Part shown: piece after piece, positions 20,060-33,019 of the stretch
Numbering within the stretch: the stretch's first letter is position 1
Layout: every line of letters starts with the position of its first letter
Origin: an uncultured Planctomycetota bacterium
GTDB lineage: Bacteria; Planctomycetota; Planctomycetia; Pirellulales; Lacipirellulaceae
Assembly: GCA_963719315.1 (NCBI GenBank)
Contig: CAVRBU010000001.1
Location: 416,001-480,000 of the forward strand
DNA length: 64,000 nt
Direction: 5' to 3'
The notes under the pieces: generated by a model
Told to the model about the DNA's origin: nothing
Seen by the model: the letters and a program-made list of their open reading frames with translations, nothing else
Database searches by the model: none
Translations under genes and position numbers: made by a program

Positions 20060-21577
20060 ATGCTTGTATTGCCTGCCGCCATCGGCACGTTTCTGTTGGT
20101 GAACGTACTCTGTGCATGCATTGCACTTGGAGTCGGGTTCGCTGCTGGCGTCTGGTTCTTGGGTGCAAAGCTGGCCAATACGCCTGGCCAAGATTCCGAA
20201 AAGATACTCACCGCCAAACAAACGGAAGCTGCCAAACGGGCCACCGAAAGGGCCGCGATGGCCGCTGCCCAGGTCGCTGACTTGGCCAAAAGCGTGGCCA
20301 GCGACGTCGGCGAGCATGCCGCCAAGATGAAGGCGATCTCCGCCGACTTGGCCGGCATCGATCGAGAATCCGCCGGTGCCGATGAGGCCATATTCTCGGC
20401 TATGGATCTAATACTCTCGGCCAACTTTGAGTTGCAGCAGCGGCTTGAGAAAGCCGAGCAGCAACTCGTCGTACAGGCCGCCGAAATCAAGGCCCATGAG
20501 TCGGAAGCGCGGACCGATTCGCTGACCGGCTTGTCCAATCGACGCGCCTTCGACGACGAACTCAAACGCCGCTTCAGCGAATGGCAGCGCAAGGGCACGC
20601 CCTGTACCCTCTTGTTGCTCGATATCGATTTCTTCAAAAAGTTCAACGACACGCATGGCCATCAGATCGGCGATGATGTCTTGCGACAGGTGGCTAAAGT
20701 CCTTAGCAGGCAGTCGCGGGAATACGATCTTCCGTGTCGCTACGGCGGCGAAGAGTTTGCCGTCATATTGCCGGCAACCGAGGCCGCCGAGGCCTGCATT
20801 GTGGCCGAGAGGATCCGGACCGCGATCGAGGCTTCCAACACCATTTGCAACGGCAAAGCGCTCAATGTTACCTGCAGCCTAGGCGTTTCTGAATTCGCGG
20901 CGGAAGACGATGTCGCCCGCCTGATCCGCCGGGCCGACGACGCACTCTATGTGTCGAAAAACGCCGGCCGCAATTGCGGTCATTGGAATACGGGCACAAA
21001 ACAAGTTCCAATTACGTCGCCGAATGAAGTGCTTCTAGTACCGGAACCAACCGTACGAGACAACACGGTAGAAGCCCTTGAGCTTGCGGAAATCCCCATC
21101 GCCACTGACGAAACGCGACCCGCTCCGACCGGGGCCAAGTTCATGCAGATTCTAAAGCGCCGAGTGACGGATAGTCATCGCTTCGGCATCCCCATCTCGG
21201 TCATGTACGTCAAGATCGAAGATTACGATCTCATCAGCCGCAAGTATGGGAAGCCGATCGCACGGCAATTAATGGACGCAATCGGGTCGGCATTTCAAAA
21301 AGTCCTCCGCGAAATGGATGTCATGGCGAAGCTCGAAAATGGCGAGTTTGTCGTCATGCTCCCCGGTAGCACGAAGCCGGAAGTTTCGCACGTCGTCAAG
21401 CGAATACGTTTGGCGGCGGCCAACTGTGTATTGCCGCTCGTCGATCATCAGCTTGAGGTTCGCTTCCAGCATGGAGTGGCCGAGCTCAAGAGCCATGAAA
21501 CTGCCCAAGATTTGCTGGCACGAGCCCGTCAGGCGCTGATCGAAGCCTTCAGCGTCTCGCAGCCGGTTGGCGTCTGA
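20060..21577 (+). CDS. Membrane-anchored diguanylate cyclase with one active and one degenerate GGDEF domain
   Basis: N-terminal TM and coiled coil; DSLTGLSNRR, DIDFFKKFND and RYGGEEF; the second domain has ENGEF. Confidence 0.92.
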   Translation: MLVLPAAIGTFLLVNVLCACIALGVGFAAGVWFLGAKLANTPGQDSEKILTAKQTEAAKRATERAAMAAAQVADLAKSVASDVGEHAAKMKAISADLAGIDRESAGADEAIFSAMDLILSANFELQQRLEKAEQQLVVQAAEIKAHESEARTDSLTGLSNRRAFDDELKRRFSEWQRKGTPCTLLLLDIDFFKKFNDTHGHQIGDDVLRQVAKVLSRQSREYDLPCRYGGEEFAVILPATEAAEACIVAERIRTAIEASNTICNGKALNVTCSLGVSEFAAEDDVARLIRRADDALYVSKNAGRNCGHWNTGTKQVPITSPNEVLLVPEPTVRDNTVEALELAEIPIATDETRPAPTGAKFMQILKRRVTDSHRFGIPISVMYVKIEDYDLISRKYGKPIARQLMDAIGSAFQKVLREMDVMAKLENGEFVVMLPGSTKPEVSHVVKRIRLAAANCVLPLVDHQLEVRFQHGVAELKSHETAQDLLARARQALIEAFSVSQPVGV

Positions 21578-21678
21578 TGATCGCCGCCGCCTTCGAACCG
21601 ACGCATCGCTAGCCGGTCGCTCGATTCGCGTGGTATGATTCGCGCGTTCCAGGTTACAACGCGTCGGCGACAGGTATC

Positions 21679-22080
21679 ATGGCCAAATCGGATCCGTCCA
21701 TCGAAACGCGCCGCGCACGATCGCTGCTCTCCTTGCCACGCTTTCAGTTCAGCCTCGCGTGGCTGATGATCGCCGTCACGATTGTCGCGGTAATTCTTGG
21801 CCTCGGGGCCTCACTTGGATCGGTCTTCGGAGTCGCATTTTATGTGTTTTATTTGCTCGTGCGCTGCGTGGTTCCCACGCCGCTCGTGATCTGTGCGATT
21901 TTCGGCCGCGGCCTTTTGCGCGCGTTTGCAATTGGCGCACTCGTGCCGTGGGTGATGATTATTCCTGGAGAGGCCAACCCCGGCTCATTGATTTCCTTGA
22001 TCATGGTGCTCATTTGCTCCGCCGCCTGTGGCTTTCTTGCCGCCGCAACATGGCGGTGGGTTCGGCGGACTGATGCCTAG
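21679..22080 (+). CDS. Planctomycete-type small membrane protein
   Basis: RFQFSLAWLMIAVTIVAV leader followed by TM helices. Confidence 0.75.
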   Translation: MAKSDPSIETRRARSLLSLPRFQFSLAWLMIAVTIVAVILGLGASLGSVFGVAFYVFYLLVRCVVPTPLVICAIFGRGLLRAFAIGALVPWVMIIPGEANPGSLISLIMVLICSAACGFLAAATWRWVRRTDA

Positions 22081-22201
22081 ATCGAGAGCCGCCGTAGAAT
22101 TGCCCATTTTAACGCCTTGTGGCTCACTGGGATTCGCAAAACATTTCTGAAATGCCCCTTGCCGGGCGGCAAATGATCCGTAAAATCTAGTTCGCACGCG
22201 T

Positions 22202-22230
22202 TTGACACGGTCACCTGCGGCCGTTATATT
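22202..22230 (+). promoter_or_regulatory. Sigma70-type promoter of the 23S-5S operon
   Basis: TTGACA-17 nt-TATATT. Confidence 0.8.
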
Positions 22231-22466
22231 CTGCGATTCCTCCGAAGGGGCCGCCTCGTTTAGGTCGCTCATCGGCGGAGATGCCACCGCAAGTGGCCAG
22301 AGGCTGGTAAGGCAGCTCGATCCAGGAGGGATTCATCCTGCCTTGTCGGCCTCTGTCCATTGGCAAATCGTACGTCGCGCTTGTTAGCTCGGCCCGGTTT
22401 GGCTAATCCAGGCTCGGTAGATTGTGACCGAGTAACCGGCTGTTTTGGAAACAACGCGGCCGCGAA

Positions 22467-22478
22467 TGTTCTTTGACA
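22467..22478 (+). promoter_or_regulatory. rRNA antitermination boxA
   Basis: TGTTCTTTGACA in the 23S leader. Confidence 0.8.
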
Positions 22479-22707
22479 ATTTGGTTTAGAAGCAAGAGTG
22501 GCATCTTTGCTAAGTCCGCCTTTGGCGGATTTGGCCAAGACTCTTTTTTTGTCCTTAGATAATTTGTTTTGTTTTGAGCGTTACTCGTCCAAGTCGCCTT
22601 CGCCGGCAACTTGGACATCTATGTAGCGTGAGTCAGGATATGCAACCGACTCACCCAGCATTTCTCGATCGGTTTCTGGCTAATAGCTAAGAGCGTTCGA
22701 TAAATGT

Positions 22708-25633
<2,926 letters not shown>

Positions 25634-25898
25634 ACATTTATCTAACGCTCTTTGCGGAGGGATGAGGATTCAGGAATACAGGGGTGGGGGATCGTGTTTG
25701 TTCCCTTACCAACTGCATGCCTGGTTCGCGTCCCGAACAAGAATCAAAGGACAAATGGAAGGATCGAGCGGCAAGGATCGAGGATTGAGGTCAGCCCCCT
25801 GACCTTTGTTCCCCCGTATCCTGTCCCCTCATCCGCCACTCTTGCAACCAAACCAAATCAACCCAGGTTTGCAGCGCCTGACCGCGCTGCGAACCTCT

Positions 25899-26006
25899 TC
25901 TGGCGACCATACCGGAAAGGAAACACCTGTTCCCATCCCGAACACAGCCGTTAAGCTCTCCGGGCCGATGATAGTGCCTACCAGCGCGAAAGTAGGTATC
26001 GCCAGG
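25899..26006 (+). rRNA. rrf: 5S rRNA (operon copy)
   Basis: Terminal helix ctggcga/tcgccag; conserved cacctgttcccatcccgaacacag. Confidence 0.97.
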
Positions 26007-26016
26007 TTTTATTTTC

Positions 26017-26056
26017 AAAAGCCCCGCCGACTCAACCGAGTCGGGCGGGGTTTTTT
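26017..26056 (+). terminator. rRNA operon terminator
   Basis: aaaagccccgccgactc-aacc-gagtcgggcggggttttttt-type hairpin with a T-tract. Confidence 0.9.
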
Positions 26057-26199
26057 GTTTCCGTTTCCTTGGATGCGCGAGGGTCGACCCCTGCGTTTTT
26101 AAGAAGCCTCGCACATGTGTTACAATGGCGGTGGTACAGGGGCAATAAAATTCACAGGCGCCGACAGAAGTTTCAACACTTCCAGCGCTCCATTCATCA

Positions 26200-27889
26200 A
26201 TGAAAGCCATCAATCTACGCACATCACTAGGCTTCGTGATCTGCAGTGCCATCGCCGCCGTCGGCCAGCGGGTGCATGCATTCACCCCCATCTACGGCGG
26301 CCCGGAGTACGACGCGTTCACAGAGAGCGGCTACCTCAACCCATCTCAGGGTTATTTCTCGCTTGTCAATGGCGCACTGCTCCGCGGGAATTCCGTCAAC
26401 AACAGTGGCCTCGCCGTAGGAACCGCCGACCGCTATTACTTCGGCAGCGGTCATAATCCTCGCGCCGTTCGTTGGAATTCCTCCACTCCGCCTGTGGAAC
26501 TGACTCCGCTGGGCGTCAGTTCGAGCCTTTCCGATAGCTACGCCGTCGCCATCAATAGCGCCGGAACAACGATCGGTTATGCGGAAAAACAATTGTCTGG
26601 CTACCGGGCTGTGCGCTGGGATGCTTCCGGCATCGCCCCCACAGAGCTCGGCCACCTTGGTACCGATAGCTCCGGAATCACCTACTCGCACGCCGTCGCT
26701 CTCAACCAGAGCGGCACAGCCGTCGGCTTCGCAGTGAAGTACGATGGAGGAATCGAGTATGGCACACGCGCGGTGCGGTGGAGTGCCGCCGGCATAGCAG
26801 CCACTGAGCTTGATCATCTGGGAACCGATCAGAACGGCCGCACCGACAGTCGCGCTTACGCTATCAACGACAGTGGCGTCACAGTCGGTGCCGCCCTCTT
26901 CTACGATGCCGGAATTGAGATGGGATACAGGGCCGTCCGTTGGGACGCTTCCGGCACAACGGCTACCCAGCTCGGCCATCTCGGCGCGTCATTATTCGAT
27001 GGCCTTACGGAAAGCGAAGCCTGGGCAGTCAATTCGAGCGGCACCGCGATCGGTTGGGCTCTAAAAAATGGAGGCAGTCGAGAGACTCTGCAAGACCACG
27101 AAGTCCGCGCAGTCCGCTGGGATGCCGGCAGCATCGTTGCCACCGAGCTTGGCGACCTGGGGCTCGATTTCAGCGGCCGCACGCGAACCGATGCTCGCGC
27201 GATCAACGACAGCGGAACGATTGTCGGTGACGCCATTAGGTACGAACCAGTCACCCATGCAAATCTAGGCGCCGCGCAGTCCGCTGGGACAACTCCGGCA
27301 CGGCGGCCGTCGAGTTAGGCCACCTCGGCACCAACCCTGCTGGCGTCACCACCAGTGATGCCTACGATGTAAACAATGCCGGCGTCGCGGTCGGTACAGC
27401 CGATCTATGGTCGGGATCGACGTCGCTCGGCCCCCGCGCCGTTGCTTGGAAAAACGATGGCCTCGCCATCGACCTGAACTCCTTAATCGAACCGTCCAGC
27501 GGTTGGATTCTGTATCGCGCCTATTCAATCAGCGACACCGGGTGGATTACCGGGGTCGGCGGCTACGATCCCGCCGGTCCGCCAGCCCGCTACGATCGCC
27601 TTTTCCTCTTGCGCGTCCCCGACTTCGCCGCAACTCTCGCCGACGACTACAACCACAATGGAACTGTCGACGCCGCCGACTACGTCCTATGGCGCAAGAC
27701 GGACATCAACTCAGCCCAAGGCTACGCCGACTGGCGCAGAATTTCGGCGCAACAATCGCTAACGCCGCGCTTGCCCATCCCATTCCCGAACCCGCCCGCG
27801 TGTCGCTCCTTCAACTCAGCATCTTAATCTTTCTCTGGCGACCATCCAGGAAAGGAAACGCTTGTTCCCATGCCGAACACAGCCGTTAA
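26200..27889 (+). CDS. Secreted repeat protein (HAF-like beta-propeller repeats, dockerin-like module, PEP-CTERM); frameshifts near 27272 and 27739
   Basis: Signal peptide; about 7 copies of A.AIN.SG..VG...RAVRW....TELGHLG; DYNHNGTVDAADYVLWRK; IPEP, TM and RPSRK. The last 56 nt overlap 5S copy 2. Confidence 0.8.
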
Positions 27890-27941
27890 GCTTTCCGGGC
27901 CGATGATAGTGCCTACCAGCGCGAAAGTAGGTATCGTCAGG
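27834..27941 (+). rRNA. rrf: Second, diverged full-length 5S rRNA copy (function uncertain)
   Basis: 101/108 nt identical to 25899-26006, with no indels. Confidence 0.85.
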
Positions 27942-28081
27942 TTTTATTACCTGGAGATCGGCATTGAAACGGGACCCACCTGGGGTGCGGAATCGGCATT
28001 GAAAAGGGACCCACCGCAGCGGACTTCGTAAGCTGGATTCCCGGTTTTTAAACTGGGGAATTCAGCGAAGCGGAGTCAAGG

Positions 28082-29600
28082 ATGCTGAAGGTGGAGGATT
28101 ACGGCAGGATACGTCGTGCTCATCGCGATGGCATGAGCATTCGGGAGATCGCCCGGACGTTTGGGCATTCGCGACGAAAGATCCGCGAGGCACTGGCGCA
28201 GGCAGAGTCGCGGCCTTACACGCTGTCGCTACCGCGACCGCGGCGGGTGCTGACCGATGTGCACCAGCAATGGATCGGCGCGATTCTCGTCGAAGATGAG
28301 CAGGCGCCTCGCAAGCAACGTCACACAGGAGCGCAACTCTTTCGGCGGCTGCGGGACGAAGAGCAGTACGTCGGCAGCTACGACCAGGTGCGAAGGTACG
28401 TGGCCGCGACGCGGGGGCGGCAGCGCGAAACGTTTCTCCCTTTGTCGTACGAGCCAGGCCAACGGGCCGAGAGCGACTTCGGTCAGATCTGGGTCGACTT
28501 CCCGGAAGGCAGGCGCCAGGTTCCGATCCTGCTGGTGACGTGGGCCTACTCAAACGCCACCTTTATGATTGCGCTGCCGAGCGAAAAGACCGAGGCGATC
28601 CTGCATGGCACGGTGGCGGCGTTTGCGTTTTTTCGTTGCGTGCCCAAAGAACTGTGGTGGGATAATCCAAGAACCGTTGCGACCACGATTCTGCGTGGCC
28701 GCCAACGGGAGTTGAACCAGCGCTGGCAGGCGCTGGCCAGTCACTACAACTTCGAGCCGTTGTTCTGCCTGCCGGCTCGCGGTAACGAAAAGCCGCACGT
28801 CGAGAACCGGGTGAAGCTGTTGGAGCGCCAGTGGGCGACGCCGGTCCCTCAAGTGAAGGATCTGACAGAGCTAAATGCCTACCTGCTTCAATGCTGCGAG
28901 CGGGATGCTCGGCGGACGATTGCGGGCCACAGCGAAACGATCGGCGCACGCTTCGCGACAGAGCAGATTACGCGCCTTGCCGCTGCCCGAGCGCCCGTTT
29001 GAAGCCGCCGTGAGCGAGGTCCGTCAAGTCGACAAGTACCAGACGGTCGCCTGGGAGAAGAATCGCTACAGCGTGCCGCGGCGGCATGCGTTCGCCACGG
29101 TCACGGTAAAAGCCACTATCGATCGCATCGAAGTCATCCGCGACGGCCAGCGGATTGCCCGGCACGAGCGCTCCTACGGACAGGGCGAGCAAGTGCTCGA
29201 TCCGCTGCACTACCTGTCCACTCTGGGAGTGAAGCCAGCCTATTTGGATCACACTGACGTCTACCGCAATTGGCGTCTGCCGGCGGCGTTTACCCAGTTG
29301 CGCGAACATTTTGAAACACGCCACGGATCGTTGCCGGGCGCTGGGCAATTCATCCGCGTGCTGCAGCTGTTGGCAGAGCACCCGCTGACTCGGGTTGAGC
29401 AGGCCATCCAGGCCTGCCGCGGCGACGGCGTCGTCACGGCCGAGCGGATTGCTGGGCTCTGCGAGCGACTGGCGCGTGCGCTCCACCCGCGGCGAAGCGA
29501 ACCTAATCGGGCAGCTGCGATCGATTCCTGCGGTGCAAGTCCCGCTGCCGGACTTGCGCCGCTTTGACTCGTTACTCTCTCACGGAGGAGAAGATCATGG
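28082..29600 (+). CDS. istA: IS21 transposase IstA (frameshifts near 28965 and 29480; 3' end approximate)
   Basis: HTH MSIREIARTFGHSR, RKQRHT, PGQRAESDFG, WWDN, GNEKPHVE and NRYSVP. Confidence 0.88.
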
Positions 29601-30367
29601 CCCAGAAAGAAACGCCCCTGTTACTGCGTTCGAACCTCAAGGCGCTACGCCTGCCGACGATGCTGGCCGAGTATGGCAAGCTCGCCGGGGAAGCGACCAA
29701 CAGCAACCAGGACTACCTCGACTATCTGTTGCGCCTGACGGAGTTGGAGTTAGCCACACGCAGTGCCAATGCTCTGCAGGCGCGCATTAAACAGGCTGGC
29801 TTCCCGGTGCAGAAGGACCTCGATGCATTCGACTTTAGCGCGGCGCCCGGCCTCTCGAAGCCCAAGATCCTGGAACTGGCCCGCTGCGGCTGGATTGATC
29901 AGCGTCAGAACTGCTGCCTGTTGGGTAGTTCGGGAACTGGAAAAACGCATCTGGCCATCGCCTTGGGCCTGGCCGCCTGCCGACTGGGCAAGCGAGTCCG
30001 CTTCTTTACCGCTGCCACACTGGTCAATCGCTTGGAAGAGACGCAGAAGCAGTACCAGCTCGAGCGATTGTTGAAGCAGCTCGACAAGCTCGATCTGCTT
30101 GTCTGCGACGAGCTCGGTTATCTCTCGTTCAATCGCAGCGGAGCGGAACTGCTGTTCCAGGTATTCGCCGATCGCTACGAGCGATCCAGCCTGTTGATCA
30201 CCAGCAACTTGCCGTTCAGCGAATGGCAGCAGGTGTTTCAGGGAGAACGGATGACAGCTGCTCTCTTGGACCGGCTGACGCACCACTGCGAAATCTTTGA
30301 GATGAACGGTGAAAGCTACCGCTTCCGGGAGTCGATGAAACAAAAGCGAACCACCAAGGGCAAGTAG
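29597..30367 (+). CDS. istB: IS21 helper AAA+ ATPase IstB
   Basis: GSSGTGKTHLA, LLVCDELGY, ITSNLPFSEW, AALLDRLTHH and NGESYR. Confidence 0.96.
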   Translation: MAQKETPLLLRSNLKALRLPTMLAEYGKLAGEATNSNQDYLDYLLRLTELELATRSANALQARIKQAGFPVQKDLDAFDFSAAPGLSKPKILELARCGWIDQRQNCCLLGSSGTGKTHLAIALGLAACRLGKRVRFFTAATLVNRLEETQKQYQLERLLKQLDKLDLLVCDELGYLSFNRSGAELLFQVFADRYERSSLLITSNLPFSEWQQVFQGERMTAALLDRLTHHCEIFEMNGESYRFRESMKQKRTTKGK

Positions 30368-30565
30368 CTTTCGGGCGACCCGTCGGCAAAACGTTCGCAA
30401 ATCGCGCGCAACAAAATGGAGAGTTTACTCTAACCCATTAAGTGAACTAACGGAGGCGGCCGCGCGAGACCTTCGAAGGGTCTCGCGGGCCGCTCCCCAA
30501 CTAACCAGGTGGGCCCAGATTCAACGCCCAGGTGGGTCCCATTTCAATGCCGATCTCCAATTACC

Positions 30566-30605
30566 AAAAGCCCCGCCGACTCAACCGAGTCGAGCGGGGT
30601 TTTTG
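30566..30605 (+). terminator. Duplicate of the rRNA terminator belonging to 5S copy 2, displaced by IS21
   Basis: aaaagccccgccgactcaaccgagtcgagcggggttttt; the hairpin differs by 1 nt from 26017-26056. Confidence 0.9.
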
Positions 30606-30745
30606 CATGGAAATTCCCCTCCCTTGAAGGGAGGGGCCAGGGGAGGGATGATTGAATTGTCCTAATCCCAGCTCCCTCTCGCTCTGAGAGAGCCGGGGTA
30701 AGGGTGCCTTGAAATCCGACAATAAGTTGATCTGCGTGAAATACC

Positions 30746-31099
30746 ATGGGCCTCACCTACGTCGACGCCACTGTCACCGGCCCCACAGATAAGTCGCGCG
30801 AACTTCAACTTCTCGTCGACAGCGGCGCCAGTTACTCGCTGCTTCCGGAAGAAGTTTGGCAAGACCTCGAAATCAAGCCGCTGGAGAAGCTCGATTTTAT
30901 TCTGGCTGACGGCACGAAAATCCAACGCCGCGCCTCCGAGTGCAAAATCCGCCTCAACGGCAAAGAACGCCATACTCCAGTTATCCTTGGCGAAGCCGGC
31001 GATGAACCTTTGCTCGGCGTCATTACCCTCGAAAACCTCGGCCTCGTGCTCGACCCATTCAAACGCGAACTGCGGCCAATGAGGCTGCGATTGGGTTAA
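30746..31099 (+). CDS. Clan AA (retropepsin-like) aspartyl protease
   Basis: LLVDSGASYSLLP, LADG and LLGVITLENLGL. Confidence 0.88.
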   Translation: MGLTYVDATVTGPTDKSRELQLLVDSGASYSLLPEEVWQDLEIKPLEKLDFILADGTKIQRRASECKIRLNGKERHTPVILGEAGDEPLLGVITLENLGLVLDPFKRELRPMRLRLG

Positions 31100-31118
31100 T
31101 GCACCACGGTCCCAACGC

Positions 31119-31721
31119 ATGACCAATGCCATGAATGACCAGCCAACCAATCTCGACGGCATCGACCAGCAAATCCGCATCAATGAACTTCGCGAAGCGG
31201 CCCGCGAAGCGGCCCGCGGCGAAATGACCGCTTGGGAAAACCCCGATACGCCGCCCGAAATCGCCGAGCAGTTCTGGGGCAACGTCCTCGCGTACGAGTC
31301 CGCCGGTGAAACGTGCCACTTCTACCAACTCGCCGAACAGGGCATCGAACTCCCGGCCCCGGAAGAGCTCGATGACTCCGCGCTCTCCGCCAAACTCTGG
31401 GAAATCATTCGTGGCTTGGCGAAATTAAACGTCTTCCTTTCGCAAACCGATCACTGGAACGATCGCGAACTATACGAGCACCTCTGGCACGAAACGCTCC
31501 ACGAAGTAACGATGGACTTCCCGCCCAATTCCGGCTGGAACTGTCACATCGACTTTCTCTCCAGCGGCAGCGACGAAGACAACGAGCTCTACCTGAAATA
31601 CTATGCCGACGACGAGTGGCGCGAACAATGGCACAAAGACTGGCCCAACGACGTGATTCCGCCCCACGTCGCCCCGCCCTACGACCGTGACAGGAAGCTT
31701 CCGAAGTCGCCGCAATTCTGA
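31119..31721 (+). CDS. Acidic hypothetical protein
   Basis: 200 aa ORF with coding-like codon usage; TDHWNDRELYEHLW and PPYDRDRKLP. Confidence 0.8.
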   Translation: MTNAMNDQPTNLDGIDQQIRINELREAAREAARGEMTAWENPDTPPEIAEQFWGNVLAYESAGETCHFYQLAEQGIELPAPEELDDSALSAKLWEIIRGLAKLNVFLSQTDHWNDRELYEHLWHETLHEVTMDFPPNSGWNCHIDFLSSGSDEDNELYLKYYADDEWREQWHKDWPNDVIPPHVAPPYDRDRKLPKSPQF

Positions 31722-31747
31722 GGCGTCGTACCCGCGCAGCCGGAAAA

Positions 31748-31785
31748 TGCCTATCTCAGCGCGAAAGTCGGTATCGCCAGGTTTT
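31748..31785 (+). pseudogene. Relic of the 3' end of 5S rRNA (copy 3)
   Basis: tgcctatctcagcgcgaaagtcggtatcgccaggtttt versus 5S tgcctaccagcgcgaaagtaggtatcgccaggtttt. Confidence 0.85.
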
Positions 31786-31928
31786 TTGTTTGAGCCGGAG
31801 CTTCTTCTATAATTCGGCGATTCATTTTCCCAAGAATTCTCGGAGTGCGATTACGATATTGTCTCCAATCGTGGGAAAATATCCGGCGGCAGGCGTCTAT
31901 CTTCTGACCACGGGCTTCCACATTGCCG

Positions 31929-32429
31929 ATGCAAGTTGCCGACCAAGAATTGCTAACGCGGTTGTTGGATGAGCACAGCGCGGCTCTTGTGCTGTATGCA
32001 CAACAATGGTGCGGTACACCTGAAGACGTGGTCCAGGAAGCGTTTATCCGGTTAATGCATCAGCGGCCGCTGCCAGACAATGTGGTCGGGTGGCTTTATC
32101 GCGTGGTCCGCAATGGAGCTATCAGCGCATCGCGCGCCGCTTCGCGGCGAACACGTCATGAAACATCGGCGGCCGGCGAGCGAGACTCGTGGTTTAAGCC
32201 GGCTATGGAAGAAGCTTTGGACGCAGGCGTTGCGGCCGCCGCTCTCGATGCGTTGCCGATCGAAGATCGTGAAATCATCGTCTTGCGAATATGGGCTGGC
32301 CGTTCGTTCGAAGAGATCGGCCAGCTCATCGGAAAATCGACCAGCACTGCGCATCGCCGATTTGAGAACGCACTCCAAACATTACGGCAAGCTTGTACGT
32401 CGCAAATGAATCAGGATACCCAGAAATGA
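31929..32429 (+). CDS. ECF sigma-70 factor
   Basis: PEDVVQEAFIRL, WLYRVVRN and region 4 LPIEDREIIVLRIWAGRSFEEIG. Confidence 0.92.
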   Translation: MQVADQELLTRLLDEHSAALVLYAQQWCGTPEDVVQEAFIRLMHQRPLPDNVVGWLYRVVRNGAISASRAASRRTRHETSAAGERDSWFKPAMEEALDAGVAAAALDALPIEDREIIVLRIWAGRSFEEIGQLIGKSTSTAHRRFENALQTLRQACTSQMNQDTQK

Positions 32430-33019
32430 ACGATGATCCCAACGGCGCCGGTCATAGCGAACCACGTCTCAATGCCGAACTAACTCGCTTTGCAGCCGAT
32501 CTCGCCCGCCTGCGACCGCGCGATGATCGCCTCGACCGCGAACGACTTGCGTTTCTCGCGGGTCGAGCCTCGGCAGCTGGCAGATCTTGCGATATTGCTG
32601 TTCGTGACCGCGGCCGGCTCCGCCGTTTCACTTGGCCGGTTGCATTCGCTGCGATGTCCGCCGTAGCGGTCTCGTTGCTAATCGCGCTTGTTTCGAGAAC
32701 GCAATTGCCGCAGATCGCAAGCGAACCCGCTTTTGCGCATCAGCCTCGACAAACTAAGCAATCCGCCGGTGGCCGTCCGAGCTCAACTTCCGTATTGTCG
32801 ACACGAGATATACAGCGGGCAGACCTCGCGGGTCGTCTGGCTCGAATGGAAACCGACGCCCTTTTGCTCCACGAAGCCCCCCACAACACTTCCAACCAGC
32901 GTCCCCCGATTCTGCGGACGAGTTCGTGGCAACAAGCGCTTGAAGAAGGGGAAGTGATATCCCGCTCGCGTTCGGGCGCATCAAATCGAACCCAATTTCA
33001 GGGAGCCACAAGTTCATGA
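32426..33019 (+). CDS. Putative single-TM anti-sigma factor
   Basis: ATGA overlap with the sigma gene; LDRERLAFLAGRAS then one TM helix. Confidence 0.75.
   Translation: MNDDPNGAGHSEPRLNAELTRFAADLARLRPRDDRLDRERLAFLAGRASAAGRSCDIAVRDRGRLRRFTWPVAFAAMSAVAVSLLIALVSRTQLPQIASEPAFAHQPRQTKQSAGGRPSSTSVLSTRDIQRADLAGRLARMETDALLLHEAPHNTSNQRPPILRTSSWQQALEEGEVISRSRSGASNRTQFQGATSS

Larger units (their letters stand above)
27952..30559 (+). mobile_element. IS21-family insertion sequence, 2608 bp
   Basis: TG...CA ends; 33-bp terminal inverted repeats (32/33: TGGAGATCGGCATTGAAAYGGGACCCACCTGGG) with internal repeat copies; 6-bp target duplication ATTACC at 27946-27951 and 30560-30565; istA-istB. Confidence 0.96.

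Noticed and set aside
22237..22700. tRNA genes or a 16S remnant in the rRNA leader
   Set aside because: Only long hairpins and boxA are visible. There is no TTC-loop cloverleaf with an acceptor stem and no 16S 3' end (gatcacctcc).
30615..30705. ccctccctt...gggagggg hairpins (also at ~1266, and REP-like palindromes at ~7325, ~61260 and ~61748) as cassette boundary sites
   Set aside because: They look like ordinary dispersed REP-type palindromes that also occur between core genes, so they are not specific to the array.
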